A stretch of 55,109 nt of DNA, filler included, from Dirinaria sp. TL-2023a (taxonomy: Eukaryota): the NCBI GenBank assembly GCA_051941275.1. It is 4 parts of 4 records of this genome, joined end to end, with 100 filler letters (N's around TTAATTAATTAA, not from the genome) between each part and the next. Parts side by side here need not be neighbours in the genome. Positions count along the whole stretch, not along the records: positions 27,659 to 41,336 come from JAVEBF010000663.1; positions 41,437 to 55,109 come from JAVEBF010000664.1; 2 more parts are not named here. One strand, 5' to 3'. Below the pieces are notes generated by a model. That model did not search any database. It saw only the letters and a list, made by a program, of their open reading frames with translations, and was not told the DNA's origin. This document shows positions 36,643 to 48,339 of the stretch, one piece after another. The translations under genes and the position numbers were made by a program. Positions within the stretch are counted from its first letter, which is position 1; each line of letters begins with the position of its first letter.

Positions 36643-37868
36643 ATGGCTCACCGAAGTGACCGTGACCGGGATCGGGATGACCGTCGGGACCGGGACCGGG
36701 ACCGAGAGCGCCGACGAGGAGATGAACGGGACCCGAGGAGAGAACCTATCCGGGACAGAGAACCAGCGAGACCCGGCCGTGGGGGAGGCGAGGGCTTGAA
36801 CGAGTTCTTCATCGACGGGGAGGGCATCCACCGCGAAGTCATGCAGAGGGAAATATGTAAATACTTAGGCCCAGAAGCATTCTCCAGGCCAGGAGCGTAT
36901 AATGTTCGATACTCGGTAGTCCCGTACAAACGGATTGGTAACTAATCTCCTGTTCAGGGCAGAAACGGCTTCATTGTGAAGGCTGTGCGCCCCTTCACAC
37001 CGGTAAGTGATACTGGTCAAATTTCGAGTCCATCCACTCGTGTGCCCCGTCCTGACATGACCAGAAAATGCTGGAAGACCTCAAAGATCTATCAGAGGAC
37101 TACATTCGTGAGAATCGTGATATGACAAGGCGCGGCTATCCAGGTAGTCCGATGCGAGCCTCGCCGGTGGCTGCTGTGCCTGACAAATCTCTAGGTATTC
37201 CGTATGGAGAGTCCCAGACCAGCCAGCGTCGGGACGCAGCTATGCAAGATCCCTATGCGGCAGAAAGGCAGTACGCTCCACAGTCGGCATACACATTGGC
37301 ACCTACCCAAGGCGGATACCCTTCCACAGCAAATGGATATTCCGATCAGTCAAGGTATCCTCCTTCCCAACCTCTTGGATACCCTCAAGGTTCAGGCTAC
37401 CCTTCTGTTTCTGGCTATCCCCAGGGCTATCCTCAGGGTGCCGGCTACCCTTCTCCCTCAGCCTATGCTCCAGTTTCTGGTTATGCTTCTTCAGGATACC
37501 CAGCAACCGCTGGAAGACCAGGGATTCCAAATGAGGCTTATCCTTATACTGAACAACCAGGTGACTATCCTTCTCAAGGCCAACCATACAGACAACCAGG
37601 CCCATATCCAGGCGGCACTCAGGCTCGAGGGGACCCCAGGTCAGTATCCGCATATCCTTACGTCTCATCGCCACAGGATGTCCCAATGCATGGGACTGCA
37701 ATAGATGACAGGTATGACTCCTATGTTCAGACGATGCCCCAAAGCCAGTCAGGTCGCCCTGCCTACGTTACTTCCAGAGGAACTCCTGTCTATGACCCTC
37801 CGCCTCCACATCCACGGGATGGATATCTTCGTGGTGAGCCCATACGAGAGGAACGTCGCCGGAGATAG
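36643..37868 (+). CDS. RfeG-like protein (RD-repeat N-terminus, small conserved domain, Gly/Tyr/Pro/Gln-rich tail), 4 exons
   Basis: NEFFIDGEGIHREVMQREICKYLGPEAFSRPG...|GRNGFIVKAVRPFTP|KMLEDLK resembles the RfeG family core; canonical introns; many GYP repeats. Confidence 0.72.
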
Positions 37869-38929
37869 CGCAGCATCTCAATTTCCATACTCATCTGAGA
37901 ATTGTTGAACGATCTCCTTTACTCTGCCCGGCTTTTTCATGCTCCATCCAGTGCTTCGTTGGATCCAAAATGGATAACACCGCTTTTCTCAGGATCAAAG
38001 GGCCACTTGCCGCAGAACATAGACACGCAACAAGGCCTACGGGTTGGATGTAGCGCACCTCACTTGGATATAGGAACCTTGCAGCAAATTATTGCTGTTC
38101 CTAGCCCTCTCAATACCGCAGGACCCAGTAACTACATACATTATGTGCGTTGCAATTGCCGAACATCTATCAGTACCCACTTTAATGGACCTCGCTCATC
38201 GGAGCTACTTCCGCAGATACAGCTTGAACAAGGGGAAAACCATGGTCGGCCTTGCGAATACTTGGATGCCGATGCATTGACTCTTTCCCCTTCGGGCTTC
38301 TGTTGTCATCTCTCTTGTTTTTGGTTTTTCATTGGGGCCGAATTTCAAGTGTTCTACACCTGGGCTTCGATGCCCAGCGGAGCGATCATTGCTTGGAGTG
38401 GGAACGATTCTGAACGAATCATGAAGTGGTTACGTGGTCGTTTGAAGCGCTTGTATTATATTAGACAACTGATGCTGCACCCTCGGATCTGGTGGGATTG
38501 TGTTGATCTAGTGGAAGCAGTGCTCCCTGCGTAATGGGAGTGTGGATGCTGTTCACCGTTCCAGCTCTTCGAACCGTTCCTTCTCTCCGTTTGACTGATC
38601 CGCTCCCGACATGGACCTTCTCCTTGCCCTTGCGGCTCCTGGGTGAGCGAGCTCTTGTCGAAAGGTCCTCCCATGCCTGAGCCTTTCCCACTGTTGGTCC
38701 CTACGGATAGGCTTACTCCTTCCGGATATCCGAACTCAGCCAGATCAGTACATCGATTTTGTACTCTTCTGCATGACGCCTGCTTCAAAAGCCATCTCTA
38801 CCCGGAGTACCATCGAACGCGACATAGAACGCCGAGACGGCCAATGGGCATGGTTATATCAATGGGCATGACTCGCTCACCCACCAATCCTTTACTGGGA
38901 CGATACGATCGATCTTCAAGCACCCTAGC

Positions 38930-38998
38930 AAGCAAGGAAAAGGAAAAACGAAAAAAAACGAAAAAAAATAAGAATAAAAAAGGAAATAAAAAACGAAC
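38930..38998 (+). repeat. A-rich low-complexity tract
   Basis: Runs of A interrupted by G/C/T in the long spacer 3' of the RfeG-like gene. Confidence 0.75.
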
Positions 38999-40009
38999 GA
39001 TCGGAGTGTCCCAGCGCGCTACAAATACATCTTGCACGATCCGGTTATGGGTAGACCTGGATGTCACCATTAGCTCCAGGGATAATTGATGGCGTGGATC
39101 TGGGAAAGCTGCATCTTCCCGCTTCGTTTGATTTGCTACCAGATCACCATTCCTTGCAAGTCGTTTTGTAGCTCGTCGAACGACAGTACGCCTTATTTTT
39201 GTCCATCCGGAGCATTCAGCCAGCCGCGGGGCCTTTCCAATGCTGTGTTCAATAGCTGATTTAGGATCTCCATAGCTACGGCACGTGATTCGTAATGGCA
39301 ATGCCCGCTGCCTCAGCAGTTTCCACCATCATTCCAGCAGCAAAATCATTGCCAATTGTCACGAGTTTGATTATTGAACTGGCTCGTCCTCGATATCTGT
39401 TCACATGATCGTAGTACCCTCTTACCTTGAACGTGCCTACCTCATGCAACTGACTGTATCACGATGACCTCATAGTTTTCTCCCTGTTCACTTGAGCAGA
39501 GCATCACGAGGATCCTTTGGGGGTACGAGTACCTTAAACTACCTTATGCAATGTTACGCTTCGATGATGAATGCACGAATTTCGATGTACTTTGGATCGG
39601 CAATAATGTCTCCCAATCACAGAACGCAAAGCCCCACCTTCCACCTAAGTGAAAACCTGTTCGACCACATCTTTTTTTTTTTTTTTACCTTTAGGCCAAA
39701 TTGCCAATTGTCCCCGACTTGACCCCTAAAGCTACTACCAACTACGGTCGACCAACCCTAACACAACGGATCGTCCCGAATTTTCTTCGAACAGCTGGCT
39801 AGCCTCACTACCTTACTTGACTTTATCTTACCTTACGAATTCCACGCTTCTTGTTCTGCTGCAATCACACACTATCTGTGACATAGCATTTCACACTCGA
39901 CTTCACTGTTCTCGCCCCTTGGAAGAGCATTGCTGCCCATCCTCCGTTACCCCGTTACCCCGCTACCCCCCCAATACCAGTAGCAACCTTTGATTTGCTC
40001 ACTTGCAAC

Positions 40010-41336
40010 ATGTCACGGCGGGGCTACCCCTCAAGCGAGGTCTACGAAGAAAGAGATCGGGAATATTACGCACCTCGCCGAGGTGGTCGCACAGCCGAAT
40101 ACGACGAGGTGGACATTCGTGAACGCCGCCGAGTTGCTGACCGGGAGCCCGATTTCCTGCGAGAGGATTATGGTCGCAGCTCGAATGCCGGCCCGCTGGT
40201 CTTGCGGGACGATAAGCGGCCAACAGCAGAATCTAGACCGCCTCGGCGCGGAGACAGGGAGGTTGTGGAGACAGACGAGGTGTTTGTCTCCCGAGCTTCT
40301 CGGGAACCTCCACGTGACCGGCCCAGAGTGAAACCGGTAGAGAGGGGCGAGGCGCAAATGCGAAGTAGCACCGTTGCAGCCACTGCTGGGAGGGAGAGGG
40401 AATACCACGAGCGTGACCGCGAGGAGATCATATACCGAGACCGAGAGACTTTTTCTCCTCCGCCGCAGCAGGTTGCTCGGGAGCGCGAAGAGTTCGTTTA
40501 CCGGCCGAGAGAGCGTACGCCTCCACAGATAGCCCGAGAGCGAGAAGAGTTCGTGTTCCGCCCACGACCTAGAGAGCCAAGCTACGAACGGGAAGAGATC
40601 ATCATCCGTGAAGGGGAAAGGGAGAAGGAGCGCCCTAGAGAGCGTGAATATAGGGACGAGGAGATCATCGTCCGACGAGGCGAGAAGGAGAGAGAACGGC
40701 CACGAGGATTCGAACAAGAGGAAATCACCATCCGCGACCGAGAGCGAGAAGGGCTGCGTCCAAGGGCTCGGAGCTACGAAAGAGATTCTCTCACCGTCCG
40801 TGATGACCGAACCGTCCGTTCTCGCTCAAGGGATTACAGAGAAGAGGATATCATTATTCGGAGGGGCGAAGGGGACAGACCCTGGCAACGGTCACCCCCA
40901 CGCGACTACCGGGAGGAAGACATCACCATTCGAAGGAGTGAGAGGGAGGCACCGCCCCGCAACAAGTCAAGAGAGCGTGGGTACCGAGATGACGAGCTGG
41001 TGATTCGAGAGCGAGACAGACCCCGGGAGAAGTCCAGGGGTCCTCGAGACGAGGAGGATATAATCATTCGACACGACGACAATGACAGGCGGCATAAGGA
41101 TGAGATTATTATAAGACGGAATGAACGATCGCCTTCCCCAGAGCCATATGTTCCCCCGCCTCCCCCGCCTGAGCCGGAGCCTGTTCGAGCTCCGCCCATC
41201 CACCAAGAAATCATCACCCATCACCGGCATATCGATCATGGTAAGCTGGAAAAGAGGTTCGAAGAAGCATGTAGCTGACAACAGATAGGCTTTGAGCGAG
41301 CCCCCGTCCCAACACCCCCACCACCAGCGCCAGCAC
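40010..41336 (+). CDS. Conserved fungal Arg/Glu/Asp-rich repeat protein, truncated at contig end
   Basis: ATG 40010; PDFLREDYGR..AGPLVLR, repeated (E/D)EIIIR(R) units, poly-Pro, RAPPIHQEIITHHRHIDHG; intron from 41241 (GTAAGC) to 41288, then FERAPVPTPPPP up to the linker. Confidence 0.8.
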
Positions 41337-41436
41337 NNNNNNNNNNNNNNNNNNNNNNNNNNNNNNNNNNNNNNNNNNNNTTAATTAATTAANNNNNNNN
41401 NNNNNNNNNNNNNNNNNNNNNNNNNNNNNNNNNNNN
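41337..41436. other. Artificial contig-joining linker N44-TTAATTAATTAA-N44
   Basis: Same 100-nt structure as the other two linkers. Confidence 0.97.
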
Positions 41437-41970
41437 AAGTGGATAACTAGGGGGGGAGATTTGAGAGTGGTGTGGAGGAGGATTGATCATGAGTGGCGAG
41501 ATGATGAATATAAGAGGGATGAGAATGTAATCCAGGAAACTCGAAAATTGAGGAAATTGGCAGAGGTAATTTTCCACGAGTGGTGGAGTCATTTGAGGAG
41601 AAGTTAGGCTTTTGTATATAGTTTGAAGTATTAGGAGGGGACGTGGTGGAATTCTTGTCTCATAGAGATTAGAGGGGAATTTGAGGAGGAGGATGATGGG
41701 TGTTGGTATCTTACAAGGAGAATGGGACGAGAAACTTTACAGGGAAGATTGAACGATAGGGAAATGGACGTCTCTTTTACACACGGACTGCTAAGATATG
41801 ATGTAGCTATACTTCCACCGCTGCCATATGTTACGGTGAGTATTATATGCACCTATAAGCAATCAGCCATGGGGACGTTTTTTTTGTTCGATCGTAGAGG
41901 CGGTGATTATGAAAAAGCGCAGAATCATGCGTTCTAATGAGATTCTAATAGGGATCTAATTCTAAATGAG

Positions 41971-43777
41971 CTAAGACTTCGGTGCTAAGCTTTGCATATC
42001 CACGAGCTTTTGCATGTGGATGATCCATCGCTTTGCGAAAGCCTCTTCGGTGAACCGCTTGGCTGATGACCTTGCTCTGTGGCGCATTTGTAGAGTCTCT
42101 CGAGCCGACATTGAAAGTGCTTTTTCGAAGCCTTCAGCGAACTCCGACTCGTCGCTGGCGTGGAATCCTGCAAATGCCGCATTAACGAGATTCTGGTACT
42201 GTCATGACGGAGGCTTACCTGTCGGACCGCCAGCCCAATCTATCACGATATCTGCTTTCGGACCACCGCTATCATTGACAACACTGACGAGGCCGGCAGC
42301 TTGATACTCGACCACGCCGATACCAAAATGCTCGTTCCACATCCCGTTGACGCCAACCCAGCTTCTTCGTAGCCAGTCCAGAATTTCCGACCAAGGTGCA
42401 TCGCAGAGGAATTGAACACTCTCCCGAAGCTTGAGCTCGTGGGCGAGAAGTCGAAGATTGTATACTCTTGTGGCATCTTCGCTGTCCCGCACGCTCCCAA
42501 TGAGGACCAACTTTGCGCCTTCTGAAGCTTTCGAAGCACTGTCTGATGACGAATGGAGCATTTGAGCGAAGGCGCGCAGAATGAGCGGGTGGTTCTTCTC
42601 CGGGCGGAATTGCGCCACGTATAGCAGCGCTTTCTCCCTTCGAGCCTCGCTTGCCTCGCTGACTTCGATGGCTTGCTCGAGTTCTTCAACGGCAACTGGG
42701 GGGAACAGAACCTCGATGCCATATTTCTTTTGTCTCCTGATTCGCTTTGGGCCCCACAAGTGCTTGATGTGCGCTTGGGTCCACGATGAGTTAGTCATGA
42801 CAACATCAACGTCACCACCAACCCAGCTGTACATCCAGGCAAAAGCGTGCCAGTACCACCGCTTTACCGTGCCTCGCAGTCCTTTGCCGGCCCCAGCATT
42901 CAGCCCTTTACCAGCCTCCGCATCCAGAGAACCCAACATATCTGTAGAGATGGTCGGATAATGCACGTACGCCCCAGTGGGTATCCTTGGAAAAAACAAT
43001 CTGCAAAGCGCCAGTGTAAATGCATAACCCATGGTATCTATAAAAATGTCTGGAACGAGAAGTGAGAATGCGTCATAAGCCAAGACAAGCGATCCAAGAC
43101 TCTGGCCTAATAGAGTGAAATGTGGATACGTAGAGCTCAGGACATAATGACGTGTAGAGAGATAAAGAAAGACTACTGTCGGAGGGTGCAGTCGAATATT
43201 AAAACGGTTCTAACCCAACATCAGCTTGCTGACCGTGCTGCGGCTTTAGCACTATTGATCGTCGGCAGCTACCTTTACTCGCTCCAGGATGGCAGGTTTA
43301 GTGGCGTCGTGATCACCGGTGTACACAACACAGGTGGCCTTTGGCCATCGCTTCTGCGTGGCTCTGATGGCCGCCCAGAGGACTCGTTCACCGCCTCCAC
43401 CAGCGTTACTGATCTACCATGAGCACGCTATTGGAGAACCGAGTTCCATTTGAATGGACAAACCAAAATGGGTGGAAAAATCCTATTATCCCCTCCCAGT
43501 CATCATCGGATTGGCCACCAATTATATCGGATGTTGGACGGTGGCTTTCGACCTTCTCCCACTCTTCGTCCTCATGCTTTCCATTCTTGCGATAGAACGA
43601 CTCGACAGCTTTCTCCTCTATTTTGACGCGTGTCAGGATAGACTTTCTACGAGGAGCAGTCTTGCGTCTCAGATAGGAGCCGAAGGCTCTACCAGCGCTG
43701 TAGGCCAACCATTTGCCAAACAGAAGAGTGAGTAGGATCGCTAGAAGCGAGTTCCTAATATGAGCAGTGAGCTTCAT
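41971..43777 (-). CDS. ALG11: Alpha-1,2-mannosyltransferase Alg11 (GT4), 4 exons
   Basis: [93 protein letters not shown]; the start codon is less certain. Confidence 0.94.
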
Positions 43778-43926
43778 CTCAGTAGCCCCTTGCCATAATT
43801 TTTCTCCAACACCACTTTATTCTGTATGAGCTGAAGGTTCACGATGAATATGACAAGTCGCCTGGCACCCGATATACTAGTCCAATTTGGGCGTAAGCAG
43901 TGATTCAATGTCTTGGCAAAACACTT

Positions 43927-43962
43927 AACGCGGAAACACGGCAACGCGCTAGACCGACGCGT
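43927..43962. promoter_or_regulatory. Cluster of MCB-like (ACGCG) elements in the divergent ALG11/RNR1 promoter
   Basis: AACGCGG (43927), AACGCGC (43943) and a perfect ACGCGT (43957) within 36 bp, about 230-270 bp upstream of the RNR1 ATG. Confidence 0.62.
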
Positions 43963-44193
43963 TTTCTAAACATGCCCGTCGTTATTACCGTGCATTTTTC
44001 CCCATCCCACTCTCCTCTCACGCACAACCCACGCTCTTGCTTGAGACTTCCGACCGATCCTGACCAGTGAGGTCGAGCCAGCTCGACTACATCTGGCTGT
44101 TTTACAGGCATTGGAATCATTTCTCTTGCCCCACATCCTTTGCCACAAGTCGAACCTGAAGCAATTTCGAGTATCCATTACGAAAACTTCACG

Positions 44194-47169
44194 ATGTTTG
44201 TGTACAAGAGAGGTAAGCATGGCTACGGTATACGGATACACTGCTGGATTTGAAGATCGATGTTGTATTATTAGCGGCACTGTCGATGCAATCAGATAAC
44301 TATGTTGGCCTTGGGTATCTCATGTGCTAACTAGTACGATAGATGGCCGTAAAGAGCGCGTGCAATTCGACAAAATCACCGCTCGTGTGTCCAGGCTGTG
44401 CTACGGACTTGATTCGGATCATGTCGATGCTGCTGCCATTACCCAGAAAGTCATCTCAGGTGTATATCAAGGTGTGACTACTATCGAACTCGACAATCTG
44501 GTAAACTCGGAATACTCGTTCCCTTGCTCCAGTCTCTCTTGGCTAACACGTTCCTGATCAGGCTGCCGAAACTGCTGCGTATATGACAGTCACTCATCCT
44601 GACTATGCCATCCTTGCTGCTCGTATCGCGGTATCGAACCTCCACAAGCAGACAAAGAAACAATTTTCCTCCGTGGTCGACGACCTTTTTCATTATGTCA
44701 ACCCCATCAATCATAAAGCAGCCCCCATGATCTCCCCCGAAACACATGATACTGTCATGAAGCACGCAGAAGAATTGAACTCTGCTATCGTGTACGACCG
44801 AGATTTCAACTATCAATACTTTGGGTTCAAGACGTTGGAGCGCTCATACCTACTCCGCCTGAACGGCAAGGTTGCGGAGCGGCCACAACACATGATCATG
44901 CGCGTAGCTGTTGGCATCCACGGGGATGACATTGAGAAAGCCATTGAGACTTACAACTTGATGTCTCAGAGATGCTTCACACACGCTTCTCCAACGCTGT
45001 TCAATGCAGGCACTCCACAGCCTCAGTTGTCCTCCTGTTTCTTGATCGATATGAAAGAGGACAGTATCGAGGGCATCTATGACACCCTCAAGACCTGTGC
45101 TTTGATATCGAAGACTGCAGGAGGAATTGGCTTGAACATTCACCGTATCCGCGCAACAGGGTCGTACATTGGCGGCACGAACGGTTCTTCAAACGGCATT
45201 GTGCCTATGCTTCGCGTTTTCAACAACACTGCCCGATATGTCGACCAGGGTGGCAACAAGCGCCCGGGAGCTTTTGCAATTTACCTGGAGCCATGGCATG
45301 CAGACGTTTTCGAATTTCTAGATCTCCGTAAGAATCACGGCAAGGAGGAGGTCCGTGCTCGAGACCTTTTCTTTGCCCTCTGGGTACCGGATTTGTTTAT
45401 GAAGAGAGTTGAAGCCAACAAAGAATGGACACTCATGTGCCCTAATGAGTGTCCTGGACTTGCAGATGTGTATGGTGAGGAGTTCGAGGCACTTTATGAG
45501 CAGTGAGTAGCCGCTGCATTGGCTCGAACGTGTTTCCTAACGTGCCTGACAGATACGAAAAGGAAGGCCGTGGACGGAAAACGATCAAGGCTCAGAAACT
45601 ATGGTACTCGATCCTTGAGTCTCAGACCGAGACGGGAAATCCTTATATGCTCTACAAGGATGCTTGCAACCGCAAGAGTAACCAGAAGAACCTCGGGACC
45701 ATCCGAAGCTCCAATCTGTGCACTGAGATCATCGAGTACAGTGCGCCAGACGAGGTTGCTGTTTGTAACTTGGCATCTCTTGCACTGCCAACATTCGTGG
45801 ACATTCCTCGTGGCGAATACGACTTCGGTAGACTTCACGAGGTAACTCAAGTGCTTGTGCGGAACCTTAACAAGATCATCGAGATCAACCATTATCCTGT
45901 CGAAGAAGCGAGGAGAAGCAATTTCAGACATCGACCTATCGGATTGGGTGTCCAAGGGCTCGCGGATGCATTTCTTGCTCTTCGCCTGCCTTTCGACTCC
46001 CCGGAAGCAAAGTATCTCAACAAGCAAATTTTCGAGACCATTTATCACGCGGCCTTGACCGCATCCTGCGAGATTGCAAGCTCGCTCGGACCTTACGCCA
46101 CGTATGAAGGCTCCCCTGTCTCCCAAGGCATCCTACAGTATGACATGTGGAATGTCACGCCCACGGATCTCTGGGACTGGGATACACTCAAACAATCGAT
46201 TGCTAAGCACGGCGTTCGTAATAGTTTGCTTGTGGCTCCAATGCCTACCGCGTCTACTAGTCAAATCCTCGGCAACAATGAATGCTTCGAACCTTACACA
46301 TCCAACATATACTCTCGACGGGTCCTTGCCGGTGAATTCCAAGTTGTCAATCCCTGGCTTCTCAAAGACTTGGTTGACATGGGTCTCTGGAGCGAAAACA
46401 TGAAAAACCGCATCATTGCGGATGGAGGCTCGATTCAAAATATCCCCAACATACCAGCCGACATCAAAGCCCTCTACAAGACTGTCTGGGAGATATCCCA
46501 GCGTACCATTGTGCAGATGGCGGCCGACCGCGGTGCTTTCATTGACCAGAGCCAAAGCTTGAATATTCATATCAAAGAACCTACAATGGGCAAAATCACC
46601 TCGATGCACTTTGCAGGGTGGAAGCTGGGCCTCAAAACCGGCATGTATTACCTCCGCACTATGGCCGCTTCTGCGCCCATCCAATTCACCGTCGATCAAG
46701 AACAGCTCAAGGTCGCAGACACAAACATTGCGAGGGCTGGTGGGGTCAAGAAGCGTATGAGCGTCGGCTATAGCTCGTCGAACAGCCACAGCAGCGTCCC
46801 GAGACCGATGTATTTGCGCAAACCCTCGCAGGGCACCGAGATGTCTGCAGGAGGTATGCCAACCCCGTCAGCAACGCCACCTCCGCTAGAGAAGAAAGAG
46901 AACGAAACGATCAAGAACGAAATAAGCGAGAGCCCCAAGACGCTAGCCACTGACCCAGTAGGTACACCGATCAAAGAGGAGGATTTATCGGATGAGGACA
47001 AGGCCAAGCAAGAGGAAGATTCGAAGGGCGTGAGTGAGGATCGAGAGGGAGATATTTACGCGCAGCGGGTTTTGCAGTGTAAGTCGCTCTCCGGAGTGTA
47101 GGCAATAATACTAATTGGTGAGCAGGTAGTATCGAGAACAAAGAAGCGTGTGTGATGTGCAGCGGTTAG
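44194..47169 (+). CDS. RNR1: Ribonucleoside-diphosphate reductase large subunit (class Ia), 5 exons
   Basis: ATP cone [80 protein letters not shown]; last exon ends [12 protein letters not shown] (C-terminal CxxC). Confidence 0.98.
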
Positions 47170-48339
47170 GAAAAAGTGGGTTAGCATCTATGCCTACTGC
47201 AGTACTAATGGAATAAGAGGGAGAACAGCCACGCGGCTAGAGAAGGTAGTCAGCCAAGATCTGTCACTACACAAGTAAGGGGTTTTCTTTTCGTGGGCAT
47301 GAGGCATTCTTGGACAGGCTGGCATTTGTAGCAACAATCGAGAAACAGAGCATGGTTTTGATTGCTTGAGCTCCTTCCTTTCGGCCGCTCCATACTCTTG
47401 TTGCATGGATGCTCATGACGCACGCCCCTTGGCTTGTAAGTGAAGCAAGTCATATTTCCGGCATGCTATGCATTGAAAGCGAACCTAGCGAGGCAGAAGG
47501 AAACATTTTCCAAGATTTAACACCCGAAGTATATGTACCTTGAGGAAGACCTTGTTCGACAGCAAGCCGCCAATGCGTACTCAGTGCCGGAGCGCAGCTC
47601 TTTGGGTCGCTACGCTGCTTCCTTCTGTAGAAGATTGCTCACGGTTTACGTTTTGCTGTTGCAAGATACGATACCAGCCTCGAGAAAATCAAACAGGTTG
47701 GGATAAGGTATGATAGATCGACGATATGGGTTCATATTCCCTAAGCGAGCACAAGCGGCATAAAGTTTATTATGCCTTTCATAATAATAATGTTGGGTTA
47801 ATCTGCCCAGGGATTGGAGCAGGATGAGTGGGGTAGGGCTAAGAATGCGGTGGTGTGTTAAACCAGATGTAGTGTAGCCGATGACATCAATGGACTTTGC
47901 GTTCGTCAGCGAGTAAAGTACTCCGTACAGTAAGGCAGGCAAGCGATGAAGCGAGGCAAGGTAGATCGCCCGTCAGAGCTTGGCAGCTTGGGAGAGTTGG
48001 GAGACCCAATGAGGACTTGCACTAGACAACTGCCGGTGCTTTTGCACATCATCCGTTCTAGCCCCAGAGGGCTACACCGATAAGCACCTCAATGGAAAAA
48101 CACACACACGGCCAAGAGCTCGGTTGTCGGCTCAGCAATGGCGGAGACACAGCAGCGAATAGATTGCACCTTATACTTACAACCATCTCCATCTCCTCTT
48201 TTTGCCGCCCTGACCCTGATGTCTTCCCAAAGACACGCGGTTCCATAAATCGAGGGCACGGCCGGTGGACCAGACTCGAGAATGACCGCGATCGCCATAT
48301 GGACCGTATGACGGAGATCCAAGTGCTCAGAACGCGACG

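Noticed and set aside
37902..39301. ORFs of 148-210 aa downstream of the RfeG-like gene
   Set aside because: No motifs or splice structure; the poly-Lys/Phe stretches come from an A-rich tract.
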